Below are positions 13,501 to 26,681 of a stretch of DNA of 64,000 bases, piece by piece. Source of the DNA: Camelus dromedarius (lineage: Eukaryota); NCBI RefSeq assembly GCF_036321535.1, contig NC_087437.1:25236001-25300000 (forward strand), in the 5' to 3' direction. Made by a program: the position numbers and the translations under genes. The notes beneath the pieces are model-generated. The model worked only from the letters and a program-made list of their open reading frames with translations, was not told the DNA's origin and searched no databases. Within the stretch, counting starts at the first letter, position 1, and the number at the start of each line of letters is the position of its first letter.

Positions 13501-14859
13501 CCTACTCTAGGTTGTTCTGGCTCACGCCTGATATTAATGGAGTTTTTGTTTGTTTATTTTCTACCACTTATATTTGATATTTGTTATTCAGATTGCATTT
13601 TGAACCGTCATATAGCTTTCACAGTTGAAAGACTTAGTAATGCAATATTTATCCATTCTTTTACTTTAACATTCGCATTCTAATAATTGTGCTTAAACTG
13701 AAAGCAGCACATGAGGTTTTCCAGGTAGAAGGTTTTAAGGGCGTAGAAGGGTTCACAACTTCCACGGACAACAGCAGCAGTGGTTACAGGTCATTCAAAC
13801 AAATATTCTTTGATTTGGCTCTTACAGCCATGTCTGTCTCTGCTAAGTGGGGGAAATAAAGCAAGTGATATAATTCCCTATGTGTTGAAACCTTTTAGCT
13901 GGGAACAGCTTTTTAATGGCTTTCTTTGCAGTCAGCAAGAAATGTACATTTATTCAACGGAAAGCAACAATGATGATAAGGAGGAAAAAAATGTTTCCAA
14001 CTCTTGTTTCACTCCATGATTTTCAAAATGGTTTTGTGAAGTTTCATTTACAGTCTCTAACAAAGCAAATCAAGAGATACATATATTATCTGTGTATAAA
14101 ACACAATAAAAGTATGAAGAGAAGTAAAATGACTACATTAGATGATATGGCAGTGTATCTGCTCAAACAGCACCTACTTTATACCTAATCATAAAGAATT
14201 GGCTGGCAAATGTTAGGTATTTATTCACCTTTGGGAAAATAAAATCTTCCTGGTTCAATTCAGTATAATAAGTCATTTAATGATCAAGGTGCCTTTGAAA
14301 CAGAGGAATATATATATATAGCAGATGAATATACCTCATTCATCTGCAAGATGGTGTCTCTTAACTGAGGTCACTTCACCATCACCAATACTGGAGGATG
14401 ACAAGTGCAATGTACTGATGGTTAAATGTAGGTAGGCATATCCAACGACCATATTGGTATTGACTATAATAGGATTTAAGCTCTTTTCTTGAGCATGCAC
14501 CTTAGAGAAGATCTGAAATTGAACACATACAACACATTTACAGTGGAGTTACATTTATACAGGATTTATTCAGGGGTTGGGTTTTAACGTCAGCAAATAA
14601 GGCAACAGAATCTGGTAAAGTCAACATTACCAGTGAAAAGCCATTATGCTGCACTTTAACTCTTAGAACTTAGATCTTTATAAAGTCAAAGACCAAGAAT
14701 TATTTCCTTATGTTTCCCTTTGCATTTTAGTTGTAGCCTCCCCTGGAATAGTGGTGATTAGTCTAATGTGAACCAGGGGAAATCCTCTCCTTCTCTTTCT
14801 GTTTTCGCAGAGCCAAGATAATTGAATTCATGGAATTTAATCAAATGAAATACTATTGC

Positions 14860-15070
14860 ACTCTCCTGAACTTTACTATGATATGCTCTGTATTTAAGTA
14901 TATTATTTCTACTTTAATCTTCAAAACAACATCTCGTGATAGGTATTAAAGATGCCATTTTTATGTGAGGAAACTGGAACTAGTAGAAGTCATGTAACTT
15001 GCAGGTAAGTGGCAGAATTTGAATTCAAACCATGTTGATTCCAAAGCTGGTATCTTTTGTACTAAACTAT
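14860..15070 (-). mobile_element. MIR SINE
   Basis: TTTAATCTTCAAAACAAC...CCATTTTTATGTGAGGAAACTGG...GTAAGTGGCAGAATTTGAATTCAAACC. Confidence 0.75.
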
Positions 15071-15620
15071 TACCAACCTCTAGAAATATAAGGAGGTATT
15101 TAAAGTATGCCTATAATCGTATTAATAATAGAGCTGAACCTGGCTGAATCATTTGACTAATCTTTAGAATGCTACATTAAAAGTCTCCATTAAATAAAAA
15201 ACAGAATGTCACGGTTAGGAAATACATTAGCAGCCTGGGGTTCTCTAGGCTAGGTTTTCTAAGCCCCTTAATTGTTCTACTCAGCCAGTCCTCTATAGCT
15301 CCTGCTTAGAGTATAGCTAATATATCCTTGTTCATTGATTATTCACCTCAGCAACCCCTTCTTTAAACCATATGCAAAATATTTCTATAAGAATCTTCCT
15401 AAATCACCTTTTTCATCACATCATTGCCCTCTTCAGAAACTTTCAATAGCTTCCTGTTTCCAATCTCATTGAGCTCAGCTCCTGACCTTGAGTTTTTCTG
15501 TTTTTTTTGTTTGTTTGTTTTTTATTTTTAGTGAATTGGGATCTAGATTTATTAGGAGGATGTAAGGCATACATGCAATTTAAAAGTTTACAGTAGCCAC
15601 ATTTTAAAAAAATAAGAAGT

Positions 15621-16103
15621 TGTATTAGTTTCCTATTGCTGCTATAAAAAATTAGCACATATTTAGTGGCTTAAAACAACACAAATTAATTTGCTTACAG
15701 TTCTGGAGGTTAGAAATCTGAAATGAGTTTTACAGGGTTAAAATCAAGGTTTGACAGGGCTGGGTCCTTCTGGAAGCTCTCAGGGGAAAAGCTATTTCCT
15801 TGTTTTTTCAGCTTCCAGGGGCCCTGTGCGTTCCTTGGCTCATGGCCCCATTTTCACATCACTCCAAATTTTTGCTTCCATGGTCACATCTCCTACTGCT
15901 CATTGTGAGCTCCTGTTGCCTTACTGTAAAGGCCCTTGAGATTACACTAGGCCTATTATTAGGAATAATCTGGGATAATATAGCCATCTCAAGATCTTCA
16001 ATTTAATCACACTGACAAATCCCTTTTGCCATATAAGGTAATCTTCACATGTTCCTGAGATTAGGACCTAGACATCTTTGGAGGCAATTATTTAGCCTAA
16101 CAC
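15621..16103 (-). mobile_element. MLT1 (MLT1C/D-like) MaLR LTR inserted in a hAT-Charlie (MER33-like) fragment
   Basis: TGTATTAGTTTCCTATTGCTGCT...GGCTTAAAACAACACAAAT...CAGTTCTGGAGG; flanks at about 15590-15620 and 16104-16310 are Charlie-like (TAGCCACATTTTAAAAA...TTTAACCCAACATATACAAAA). Confidence 0.85.
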
Positions 16104-16319
16104 AGAAACAAATGAATTTAATTTTAAAAATATATATTATTTAACCCAACATATACAAAATAGTATTATTTCAACCTGTAATCAATATAAAACAATTTAT
16201 ACTGCTTTCATTTTTAAATTTAAGTTGATTAAAATTAAATACAACTTAAAGTTCACTTCCTCAGTGACATTCTCCATATCCAAGTGCTCATAGTCATGGG
16301 TAACTAACAGAAGATCAAT

Positions 16320-16960
16320 ACCGTCTATCTGTGATGGTTAGGGAACTGAAGTTAGAGACAGCACAGCCCACACAAGACAGCCTTCACTTCTGATGCCAAC
16401 AGAAAGTTTCAGGGTCCCCAAAACCACCAAAAGGACTTACAGAACTCACTGAACATTGTGATACTCATGGTTATGGTTTATTATAAAGAAAGTATACAGA
16501 TTTATATGAGACAAGGGAAGGAGCACATATGGAAGGAGCACATAGGGCAGAGTCTGGGGAAGTACTAAATACACAGCTTCCATTGTCCTTTCCCTGTGAA
16601 GCCATGGATGGTGACAATTTCTTAAAATCCATGCATGACAATACACATGGAGTATTGCCACTCAGGAAACTGCAACCAAGCCTTGGTGTTCAGACATTTT
16701 ATTGGGAATCTAGCACATAGGCATATTTGCTCATGTGGCTGATTTCAGTCTTCAACCCCTCTAGAGGTCAACTGATAGCCCATGACTGCAAGTCCTCACC
16801 TTACATCACATTGTTACTAGCTGGCTGGCTCAAGATCCCCTGCAAATGAAGGTACTTCTAAGAGTCATGGCATTTCAAAGGTTTAGAGATTACTTCCTTG
16901 AAACCTAGGACAAAGACCAAGCCCTCTGGTTGGGCTAGGTTAAATTCTTTACTATATACT
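16320..16960 (-). mobile_element. MER21-family LTR
   Basis: CACAAGACAGCCTTCACTTCTGATGCCAAC, GGACTTACAGAACTCACTGAA, TATGGTTTATTATAAAGAAAG. Confidence 0.8.
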
Positions 16961-18244
16961 CTCCAGCAACATATTTAGTGACATTTTATTTACTGAATTG
17001 ACTATTTTGACACCATAAAAGAACAGCTAATGAACATCTGCCATCTGTTATTTCAACAGATATCTATGTGTCAAATGGATACTCACATTTCATGGTTACC
17101 TGACATTCTAGCACAAATACTAAAGAATCTTCCCTTTGAGTAACTTAGGGATGTAAAGTAAATCTACCTGTTACCCTGAGTCATTTCTTTGTTTCTGTTT
17201 GCAAACTGGCTGATTCACATGCTGTAGACAAAAATATGTACACTTTTGATCTAATTAACAAATCAGTATCCCATTTTTGACTCATAATCTTCTATATTCA
17301 ATTCAAATCGGAGATAAAAACACAACATTGCTCCTGTCCCTGCATGGCTGTAGGTCTCTCATAAATCAGGATTTTCAGCAAAAGCATCTCTAGACTCTTT
17401 GTATCAGGAGGATCCTTTTGAAATAGCTTACATGGAAGTTCCAAGTTTCATAAAATTTCAGAGCTGAACAGAAACTTAAATCTATATATAGATAATTAAA
17501 TTGAGATGCAAAGTTGTGTGAGATGATTTGTCCAAGGTGACATGAAGAGTAAGCAGCAGGAATACATCTTCACCCTTGGTCTCCTAATTCCCAGGCCACT
17601 GTGTGTGTGTGTGTGTGTGTTGCTTTGTGCTACAACATGACTCCTTCTGAACATATGTTAGTGAGTGGACACTAGTAAAGGTACAGACCTGCATGACAAT
17701 TTGTAGGGATGCTCGAAACACTGTTGAGGAGGATTCTCTGGCTGCCTTTTGCCTCAGCAGCAAAGAGTATTATAATTAATGAGCAAGTCACGGGACTAGG
17801 GAGGATTAAGGCGTGGTCAAGGACTTGCTACACTTGCTGTCCTCAGTGTAATCATTATAGCTGAAAGGTAGCAAGAACACATCAGTTATTATCACAATTT
17901 GCCTGTGACTTGGGAAATTAGTTCTGTCATCCTAGGCCTCAGGCTTCTCATATAAGGAGGGAAACTACAGTGTTTACTGTTTTATCTGGTCTAAGGTGTG
18001 GAAATAATCACCTTGTGCATGGGACAAAATGAAATTATGTTTTTATGAATTTAAATTTTTTGAAAGAGAGGATAAAGCAATTGTATATCCTTTTCCCACT
18101 AATAATAATAATGCCATGTTACAAGTAACACATTCTTTTAAAAATACCTTTTCACGCAGTAATAGAGTCATAGCCACCATTTACTGAGTGAATCATGTAT
18201 TACAGAAGTCAGCTCTTCTGATATTCACAATAACTTTATGAAGA

Positions 18245-18907
18245 GTGCGAGAATTTATTTCCAAGATGGCCACACCAAAACTTTCCCTCCATGTATACAT
18301 ATTATATTGGTTCACTGAGAAAAAGAGTCTGTTATCACCCTTTGAGTCTGGGCTGACCTGGAAGACTCGCTTGAACAATAGAATGTGGTAGAAGTGACGT
18401 TCTAAAACTTCCAAGGCGGGGATCAGAACAAGCCTTGCAGCTTTTACCAGAACCTCATGAAAGGCTCCCTCTGGAGAGAGTGAGTCACCAAGGAATCTGA
18501 CTGCCTCCTGGGGATGGCCATGCTGTAAGGAATCCCAAGCAAACCACGTGCAGGGGCCACCGGGAAGAGCGGCCCGGCCCCCACTGTCCTAGCTGTACTG
18601 GCCCAAGCACCAGACATTTGAGTGACATCATCTGAGACTGACCCCCAGCAGAAGTGACATGAAGAACAACAGAGGAATCCAGTGACCAGCCAGCACAAAG
18701 ACCCCAGATACATCATCCACATCATGCCATCCCTGCCACCCCTGACCATTCAGGCTTCCAGATGGACTGCTCTAGTCAACATGGAGCTTAATTTCTGCCT
18801 AAATTCCTGAACCACAAAATGGAATCCTGAAATGTTTGTTGCTTTACACTGCTAAGCTTTAGGCTGATTTGCTACACAGCAAACACAGCAATACATTAAC
18901 CAGAACA
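18245..18907 (+). mobile_element. MLT1 (MLT1G/H-like) MaLR LTR inserted in a MIR
   Basis: CCAAGATGGCCAC...CCCTTTGAGTCTGGGCTG...AATAGAATGTGGTAGAAGTGAC...TAACCAGAACA; MIR halves on either side. Confidence 0.8.
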
Positions 18908-19324
18908 AAGGTATTATTAGATCCATCCTTCAGATGAGGCAACTGAGACTCAAAGAGACTAATTCATTTTCCCAAGATGCAAGACCATTAAGTAGCAGGG
19001 CTGAGATAAAACTAGATCTAGACAAATTCCAGGGCCAATGTTCTTAACTACTATACCAACTTTTCTCTGGTTTCAGCTAAACCTTAAAAAAAAATCTGTG
19101 CAGGAGAAGAATCTGTTATTTATGGGAGTAAACAGAAGTTCCAAAAGTTTAAAAGGCTTCCCTAGAAATTGTATATAGTTGGTGGCAGAGTCAGAACTAA
19201 ACCCTGGGTCTCCCACTCCAAGCTCAGTAGGTTTTCTTTTTTTTAATCTTTTTTTTTCTACAGTAAATTATCTGACTGTCTTGCCAGATAACCACATATA
19301 TACACCATCTTTTCTGCATGCAGC

Positions 19325-19949
19325 TGTTGCAGGAAAACAGATGTGGGGCATGAGAAGGGCTGTGTCCCAGGTCTCATTTGAGCCCCTGGGACGTGCCCCG
19401 CCAAGTGTTGGGTCCTTGGCTTCAGGCAGGAAAGAATTCAAGAGTAAGCCACAGTTGAGTGAAGGTAGATTTATTCAGAGAGATACATTGAAAGGCAAGA
19501 GAAAGGCCACAAGGTGTGGGGGTTGGGTGCTCAGATTAAAAGTAGGTACACACTCCATAGACAGAATGCAGGCCCTCTCCGAAGAGGGAGAGAGAGAGGG
19601 GCGGCCGCGAGGCACTGTGTTGATGATTTTTATGGGCTTGGTGGCTTCATATGCTAATAAGTAGAAGGACCAGTCTAAGGGGAAAGGGCTGGGATTCCCA
19701 GGATGTTGGCCATTTCCCACCCTTTGACCTTTTGTGGCTAGCCTTGGGACGGCCATGGCACCTGTGGGCGTGTTATTCACCATGTTAATATATTACAATA
19801 GGCGTATAATGAAGCTCAAGATTTACTAGAAGTTAAATCTCTCATCATCCTGAGCCTCAAGGCCTACTGGGGGATGAATCTTCCACCATTTTGATATTAA
19901 CTGCTGTGGCATTCCTTGAGTGGCTGTGCCCTGCCCCCTTCCTGTCTCA
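19325..19949 (-). mobile_element. ERV1-class solo LTR, copy B (625 bp)
   Basis: TG...CA termini; 4-bp TSD CAGC at 19321-19324 and 19950-19953; same family as 7460-7990. Confidence 0.92.
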
Positions 19950-20699
19950 CAGCCACTAAAAATTTACTCAATCTGACAGATCTGAGATCCCAAAGTTCAC
20001 CTAATTTACATACAGAAAAGCAGATTAGTTTCTTAAGTGTGGTAATCTCAAAGCCAGTGTTTGGAGAAGTAATAGGAGATGAACATTTAAAATAGGTAAT
20101 AATTCTGCCTTAACTAAAGGCTTATAATTGAAATGTCTGAAGTGCTAATCAGGAGGGAATTGTACTAATCCAGCTGAGATGAATTTAGTTAAAAAAGGGT
20201 AAAAGGTAAATTCTAGCAATGTCTGAAGCAATTAGAAAGCACTGAAAAACAAAAATATTGGATACTTTTTTCAAATAGTAATTGAGATTAAGCAGCATTC
20301 TATTATAAATGAACAATAATCATAGAACAGCTTCTCATAAAGTAGATTTATATATTTATTGTTTAAAATCTACTTGTATTGCATAGAATTAAATTTGCTT
20401 AGAAAGAAGGAAATCTCTGGTTTTGAGAGAAACTTTGTATAAAGACCTCAAACAGTGCTTGTAACACAGTAGCAGTCCTTGTACATATTTGTGGAATGAA
20501 TGATTATCAGTGGAGTTATGTTTAAATAATATAGATTTGAACAGTTCAACTTGTTCCCTAGAAAGAATTAAGTAAAAAGTAAGATTTTCACACAAAGAAA
20601 GTACATTGAGCAGAACTTGTGGGGACTGATTCATATCTGGTCCATCGATCCAGAGAGCCCGCTTGGGAAAGAGACATTGGGAGTCACGGTATCCTCCCA

Positions 20700-21130
20700 C
20701 GGCTTCCTCTGTTCTCTTCGCACCAGCAACGCTGGACCCACTTGCATTCCTCCAACCAACCAGCCAGTGTCCTGACCCGCCACGTGCCATTACCTCTGCC
20801 TAGAATCCCCTTCCCGCAGATGTTCACGTGGGTCACCTTTTTAGGGATGCAGATTTCTGCTGGGATGTCTCCTCCTCAGAGGGGGTCTCCCACCGCATCT
20901 ATCGAAACATGCAAACACCCATTCCCTTACTTTGCCTGATTTTCTTCAACAATCCTTACCCAGCCCTGACACTATTTTACATATTTACTTGCCTATCTAT
21001 TGTCCATCTCTCCCATTGGGATTAAGTTCCATAAAGGCACAAGCATTGTTGTTCTGGCTCACTGTGACGTGAAGCAACATCTAGAACAATTCCTGGCACA
21101 CAGAAGTGCTCTTTATTATTGGCTGAACGG
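20700..21130 (+). mobile_element. L2 3' end
   Basis: TTACCTCTGCCTAGAAT...TAAGTTCCATAAAGGCA...TCTAGAACAATTCCTGGCACACAGAAGTGCTC. Confidence 0.8.
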
Positions 21131-21929
21131 CTAAAAGCAGTCCATTAGGGAGGAGTTAGAGGAGATAGGGTCGTAGAGCAAATCAACGTTCCTGACAAAC
21201 ACCTGCCACAAAACCCTATGTATAGAATCCTCCCTGTTCGGACAAGAAAGATGATACTCAGAGATACTCAGATTTACTACAGAGAATTTACATCCAAGTA
21301 AAAAGAGCCTGCTCTGGCATTCATTTAAATAGAAAATCAATCCTCTGCAGGGGAATTTCATCCAATACCCTTTGCATGATTTGCAAAACAATCAAGTGAC
21401 AATCAAGTCATTTTGAATAAAATAAACTAAATCAAATAAAAATTAAATGCAAACATCAATACACTGTTAAATTTAAAATACTGTTAAAACTTAAAAGAAT
21501 GGAAATAGCTTAAAATTAGCATGAAAATTAAGCAAAACCAGCTAAACTGAGTTGTTAAATAGGGCCATTAAAGAGACAAAGTAGCGCTCAGGCTATTTGC
21601 TAACCAAATAACAATTTGTTAATATAAGCACATTGGCTGCAAATGAATTCCTTATAATGTAAAATGAGCACTATTTTCATTCTCTTCACTGATGCAAACA
21701 TCTACCCTCTAAAAGCTAGCTTAAAGGAAAACAGGTTAAAGAGAAATGTGATTTTTGTTGTTGTGGGAATCCTCAACTGAGACTTAATATCACAAACTAT
21801 GATGCTTTTGTTTTTGTTGTTCTGTAAAACCGAGTGGATCTTATCACAGAGGGGAAAAACATCTCCGGGGCACAGATTCTGCTCCTCTGCATCACTGTGG
21901 GCTTGACCTTGTCATTTGGGCCATAAATA

Positions 21930-22070
21930 GCCATCTGTATTTCATCTAATCTACTCTTGGGTATTCCTAGTGATAGGACCTTAGCGACCTTTCCCCAGCA
22001 AATTATTTCCAAATCTAATCAACCCTACATTTAGAAATACTTTCTTAATGTCTAACCTAATGGTCTAGTT
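21930..22070 (-). mobile_element. CR1/L3 fragment
   Basis: TATTCCTAGTGATAGG...TTAGAAATACTTTCTTAATGTCTAACCTAA resembles antisense CR1 3' region. Confidence 0.55.
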
Positions 22071-22429
22071 TCAGGTTGTTGCACCTCGTTATACTACCCT
22101 TAACATCTTTAAAGATTTCCTTTTCCTGTTACGTGTTATCACCTCCCAAGGACCTATGCTCTGTGGTGCCCACGTGTACAGTCCATCCTCTAAACAGAAT
22201 TGGGCAAATAATGTTCCCTTAACCTCACTGAAAAGCCCAAGCCCTGCAGATCCCCTACCACCCGTCTAACTGTGGTCTAGATTCCTGCCCCTTGAAGAAA
22301 CCAGAGTGATTGCATTTGTAAATGTCCAGGTAACGATAGTGTTTCCTTTCTGGTGCTGTGCAAAGCTGTCCTCTGAACTTGATCATCTTCAGGGTGGAAG
22401 TGAATCTACAAATGTGATAATAATAGTAA

Positions 22430-22913
22430 TGGTAGGCGACCAAGATGGCCTTAAGCGTCCTTTCAGTCTGACTAAATTTTAAATGGGGTTCTTCCTGACT
22501 ACAGGCTCTAGATCTACCTCTTCTTAGACCATTTACTTTAGAAAACTTGTAATTATAAATTCTTTTTCTGCCCCTTTGAGATGTAAATCTTCTACAGCCC
22601 AAAAATGTCTTTGAAAGGAACTGGGAGCCATTTCTGCAAAGTGTAATCAAGAAAAACAACAGCTCTGTCTCCTAGTCTCATGGGAGGGTAGAAGCCTAAG
22701 TTTACTAAGTGTCAATCAGCAAACACAGATGGCCTAACCACACTGACCAACCTCCCGCAACAGCCTCTCACACTTTCCCCTCGCTCACCTCAATGCTTAA
22801 AAACTCTCCTGCCTTTTGTCTCAGTGGAGTTCAGTTTCTTGCCTCCACTGTAATAATCTTGAATAAAGTTTTCCTTGCCTGTTTAACTGGTCCAGTGCAA
22901 GTCTTCTTTTACA
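22430..22913 (+). mobile_element. ERV1 MER4-group solo LTR (MER67-like)
   Basis: CTTTAGAAAACTTGTAATTATAAATTCTTTTTCTGCCCCTTTGAGATGTAAATCTTCTACA, GGGAGGGTAGAAGCCTAAG, AATAAAGTTTTCCTTGCCTGTTTAAC; ends ACA. Confidence 0.8.
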
Positions 22914-23714
22914 TAGGTAAGGGGAGAGGCAGTCTCAGCCACGATAAAACACTGAAGGACTTGGGTCGTGGTACAAGTTAAACAAGAAGCACTTTCTCAG
23001 TGTAAGTAATATTATGTATGAACGAGGATGTCAGCTCTGTGAAAATTCATTGAGCTGTACATTTATATTTGTGTAGTTTTTTCTGTATGTTAAATTTCAA
23101 TCAATTAGCTGACTTAAAAATACAATTTGCATTCTAGCTCTGTCACTTAGAACGTAAGGACATTGTAGCTGATGCTCAAGCTCTCTGAACCTTAGTCTCT
23201 TTACAGGTTAAATGAGGACAGTAAGACATATTTCACTGTGTAGTTGTGAGATTTAAATTAATCAAACTTCCTGGTAGAGAAATAATGTTCCTGGCAGATA
23301 CCCAGTCCCTAGTGGTGAGTAAATGATAGCCATCACTACTGTTCATTGTTAGTTTTGAAGCAGTGTTTTGTAGTAATTGGTGAAAAGTCATAGGAATAAA
23401 AACTAAGTCCCTTATTTCAGCAGCCTTATGACGAATCAAGATATTCATTCTATTTTTCTCTACTACTTTTCAGACTTCCAGGTAATTATGATTTTAATGC
23501 ATTTGCCCCTGAAGAGCAATGAATCCAACATGGTTTATAAGACAAAAATATCTAAATATAATCTAGTTTTTTTGGTCCTATAAAAATCTAGTTTTTGAAT
23601 TAGTTTTACAAGTTTACTAATCAACTTCCTACATTAAAGTTCAATTCAGTCAAATCAACAATCCCTAATCACTGGCCCTGAACCCACCCAGTATGCCTTA
23701 CATATTTAGCTTTA

Positions 23715-24100
23715 TTGATCATTCACTAACATTTATAACTGCATGCTAGACACTGTTCTAGGAAGTGGGAACGTTATACTTAAAAAGACAAAGTCCTTAC
23801 CTTTTAGAACTTTTAGAACTTACCTTCAGTAGTAGTGTCAATACCCAGGTTAAAAGAAATGGATCATTATTAAATACACTGATATGAAGAAATTTTTTTA
23901 ATATAGTAGAGGGTTACAGCATGGGTCAGACAATGATCAGGAAAAGGCTTTCTCAAAGAAGTGAAATTAGTGCAGAGACATGAATAAATTTTTTTTCTTA
24001 AGGAGTCTTGTAAATAGCTAAGGCAAAGTGGCTCTAGGTAGAGGCAACAAGTACAAAGACCTTGCAGTAAGGAAAATCTTAACTCAAGACTGAAATGTAG
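23715..24100 (-). mobile_element. L2 3' end
   Basis: CATTCACTAACATTTA...TGCTAGACACTGTTCTAGG...TCAGGAAAAGGCTTTCTCAAAGAAGTGA. Confidence 0.7.
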
Positions 24101-24167
24101 GATCCATACTTTGGTATTGGTTGATATGTCTCTCAAGATCCTTTTAATTTACAGCTCTACCTGCATC

Positions 24168-24170
<3 letters not shown>

Positions 24171-24236
<66 letters not shown>
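24171..24236. repeat. compound microsatellite (GT)18(GA)15
   Basis: Seen directly in the sequence. Confidence 0.97.
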
Positions 24237-24240
<4 letters not shown>

Positions 24241-25111
24241 TTTATTGAAAGAACCAGGTCATTTGTCTTATAAAGTTTTTTGCTGATTCCATCCCATTGT
24301 GCCATTTAATGTTTCCTCTACTTTCTATTATCATTTAAGAATGTTCATTTTATCACTGCAACACACTTTATCCTCCTGCTAAAAACTGAATAAGAATATG
24401 AAAATATTAGGGGTCTGAGCTATGCCAAAATAACTTTCTGATCCCAGCAGAGAGTCTATTTTAAAATTCACTATTTTACATTTGTACTCTGTGTTTGCTC
24501 ATCACCAAAAAGACCTTGACTTCTCAAGCATATGATGAAATGCTTTTAGACTAGACATTGCATTTATGTACAAACAGCCAAAACTTCAGTTTTACCTCAT
24601 TTTTTGCTTCACAAATTCCTTTACTTTAACAAAACAGTAGCCTTTCATCCTTAGCACCTCCTATGAAGGTGGCACTGAACCGTGTTTTAAAATCAAACCC
24701 ATTGCCTCTAATAATTATTTTAACCCTAAAATAGATGTCTTCAATACTTATTCTGCTAAAAGCAAGGTACAAATAAATGTTTAAAGTTGTATCGCTAGGT
24801 TTCAAGTGGAATTGAACTAAATAAATTTGAATTGTGTGTCACTTCAATTTTGTCTTGCATTGGATTTTATTCAGAGATCCTTTTGTGAAGTATTTAGAAC
24901 ACAAAGTGTAATTGACTTTTTATACCAGCTGAGAAAGAACAACAGGGGACTCATATCTAAATTAAAATACATCTCACCCAAGACTATAAAATAACCAACA
25001 GTGCATTCAATTGTGGGAAGCTCTCGGTTTTGAAAAGAGAAGTTGAGAAATTCAGATGCTTGAAAGCAGAGCTGCTTCGGCCAGGTGAACAGCTACAGCT
25101 GTTTTATCACC

Positions 25112-25522
25112 TGCATTAATTACCTAGGGCTGCCATAACAAAATGTCACAAATTGGGTGACTTCAAACAACAGGAATTTCACAGTTCCAGAGGCTAGAAC
25201 AGTCTGAAATCAAAGTGCTGGTAGGGCTGCACTCTCTCCGAGGCCCCTAGGAGAGGGTACTTCCTGGCCACTTAGTTTCTGGTGACAGCATAACTCTGCT
25301 CCCTGCTTCCATCTTCACATGGCCATACCTCCTTTGTGTCTCTTTCCTCTTTTTATAAGGACACCAAATCATATCGGATCAGGGTCCACCCTAACCCAGC
25401 ATGACCTCATCTTGACTCCATTACATCTACAAAACCCTATTTCCAAATAAAGTCACAGCCACAGGTACCAAGGGTTATGATTTCAACATATCTTTTTCAG
25501 AGATACAATTCAATGCATAATA
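25112..25522 (-). mobile_element. MLT1C-like MaLR LTR
   Basis: CTAGGGCTGCCATAACAAAAT...TTATAAGGACACCA...CCCTATTTCCAAATAAAGTCACA. Confidence 0.85.
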
Positions 25523-26024
25523 TCACTCTCTTTCAAGACTTATGAAAATCAGTATAGCCCAGGTTCTTAAATGCTCACCGTGCATCAATTAGTATGTACC
25601 TGGGGCAAATTGGGAGCATCTCTATTTACAGGGTTGGTTTGTAGCATTTATCTGTATAGTAATTGGCCCCTACAAAAATCCACCTGTTTTAACACTGTAA
25701 TAATAAAAGGCAAAATGGTGCAAACTACTCAGTAGGTCTGAATTTTCTTTCTTTGATCTATGAAGGCAGATTTCCCTGTTTTATCCAGATAAGGCCATCC
25801 CATGGATAGGTGAGAGAGAAGCAGAAGGAATGACCCTAAGAAAGGCAATTTAGGCCCTACTGTCCCCTAAGACTGTCCCTTCCATGATCACTCATCATTC
25901 AACTACCTTCATCAGGGGAGAGTCCTGCTTTTTTTGTTTGTGCATTCGGTTGATTAGTTGGTTCTGTTTTTCTAAAAACTTCTCTCTGTTCAAGTTAAGT
26001 TCTCTCTTTATTTCTCCAAACACA

Positions 26025-26585
26025 TAGTAGGGAAAGAAAAATAATTATTCCCCTATTCTTTTAAGTTCTTAGCTGAAACTACTATAATAAACAACAGATA
26101 AACAAGAGGGAAACAAACACAAGTTTATTAACATGCATACTTCATGGATACATGGGAGATACCCAGGGGAAAAATGAGCAACTCTCTAAGGTGACTTAAA
26201 ATTCAGGATTAAATACCATCTTAATAGGGGAAGGGGAGGGAGGGATGCGGGCCTCCTAGGGGACAGTGAATCATTTTTAGGAAAGATGACTGGGCCCTTA
26301 GAAGAATAGCTGGAAGGTGTGATAGTTAGTGGCAAAGTTTGAGTGTGATGTGGACTTGTACTTAATTACCACTCCCTGAGGTGAGAGTCAGTCTCCCCTG
26401 GCTGATGAACGTCCCTGAGTGGGGATCTATTACAATTGAGTTCTTTGGGAGGATCTGTCATTAGGCGGAGAAGGGAAGTCCAGAGAAATCCTCTGCTCTA
26501 TTTGCTGTTTTTCAAGTGTCTACAGCTAAACATAACCAATATGCCAAAGTGACATATTTTGAGGTGGCATATTCTGCTCCCTTCA
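26025..26585 (-). mobile_element. MER34/MER39-like ERV1 solo LTR
   Basis: Ends AATATGCCAAAGTGACATATTTTGAGGTGGCATATTCTGCTCCCTTCA, the reverse complement of the MER34-type start. Confidence 0.85.
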
Positions 26586-26681
26586 ACATCTGAAGACTTC
26601 TTATAGTCACTTCTTCATGTCAACAAGATCCTCGGTCAGGGTTTACTCCAACCTGCTGCCTTAAACTCATTCATGGTCTTT

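Noticed and set aside
7990..19325. Possible provirus between the two related LTRs
   Set aside because: The LTRs are inverted and have different TSDs, and the interval holds unrelated older repeats with no gag/pol/env
19179..19783. 161-aa and 102-aa ORFs, similar to ORF 7667..7900
   Set aside because: They lie in the ERV1 solo LTRs; the peptide similarity only reflects two copies of one LTR
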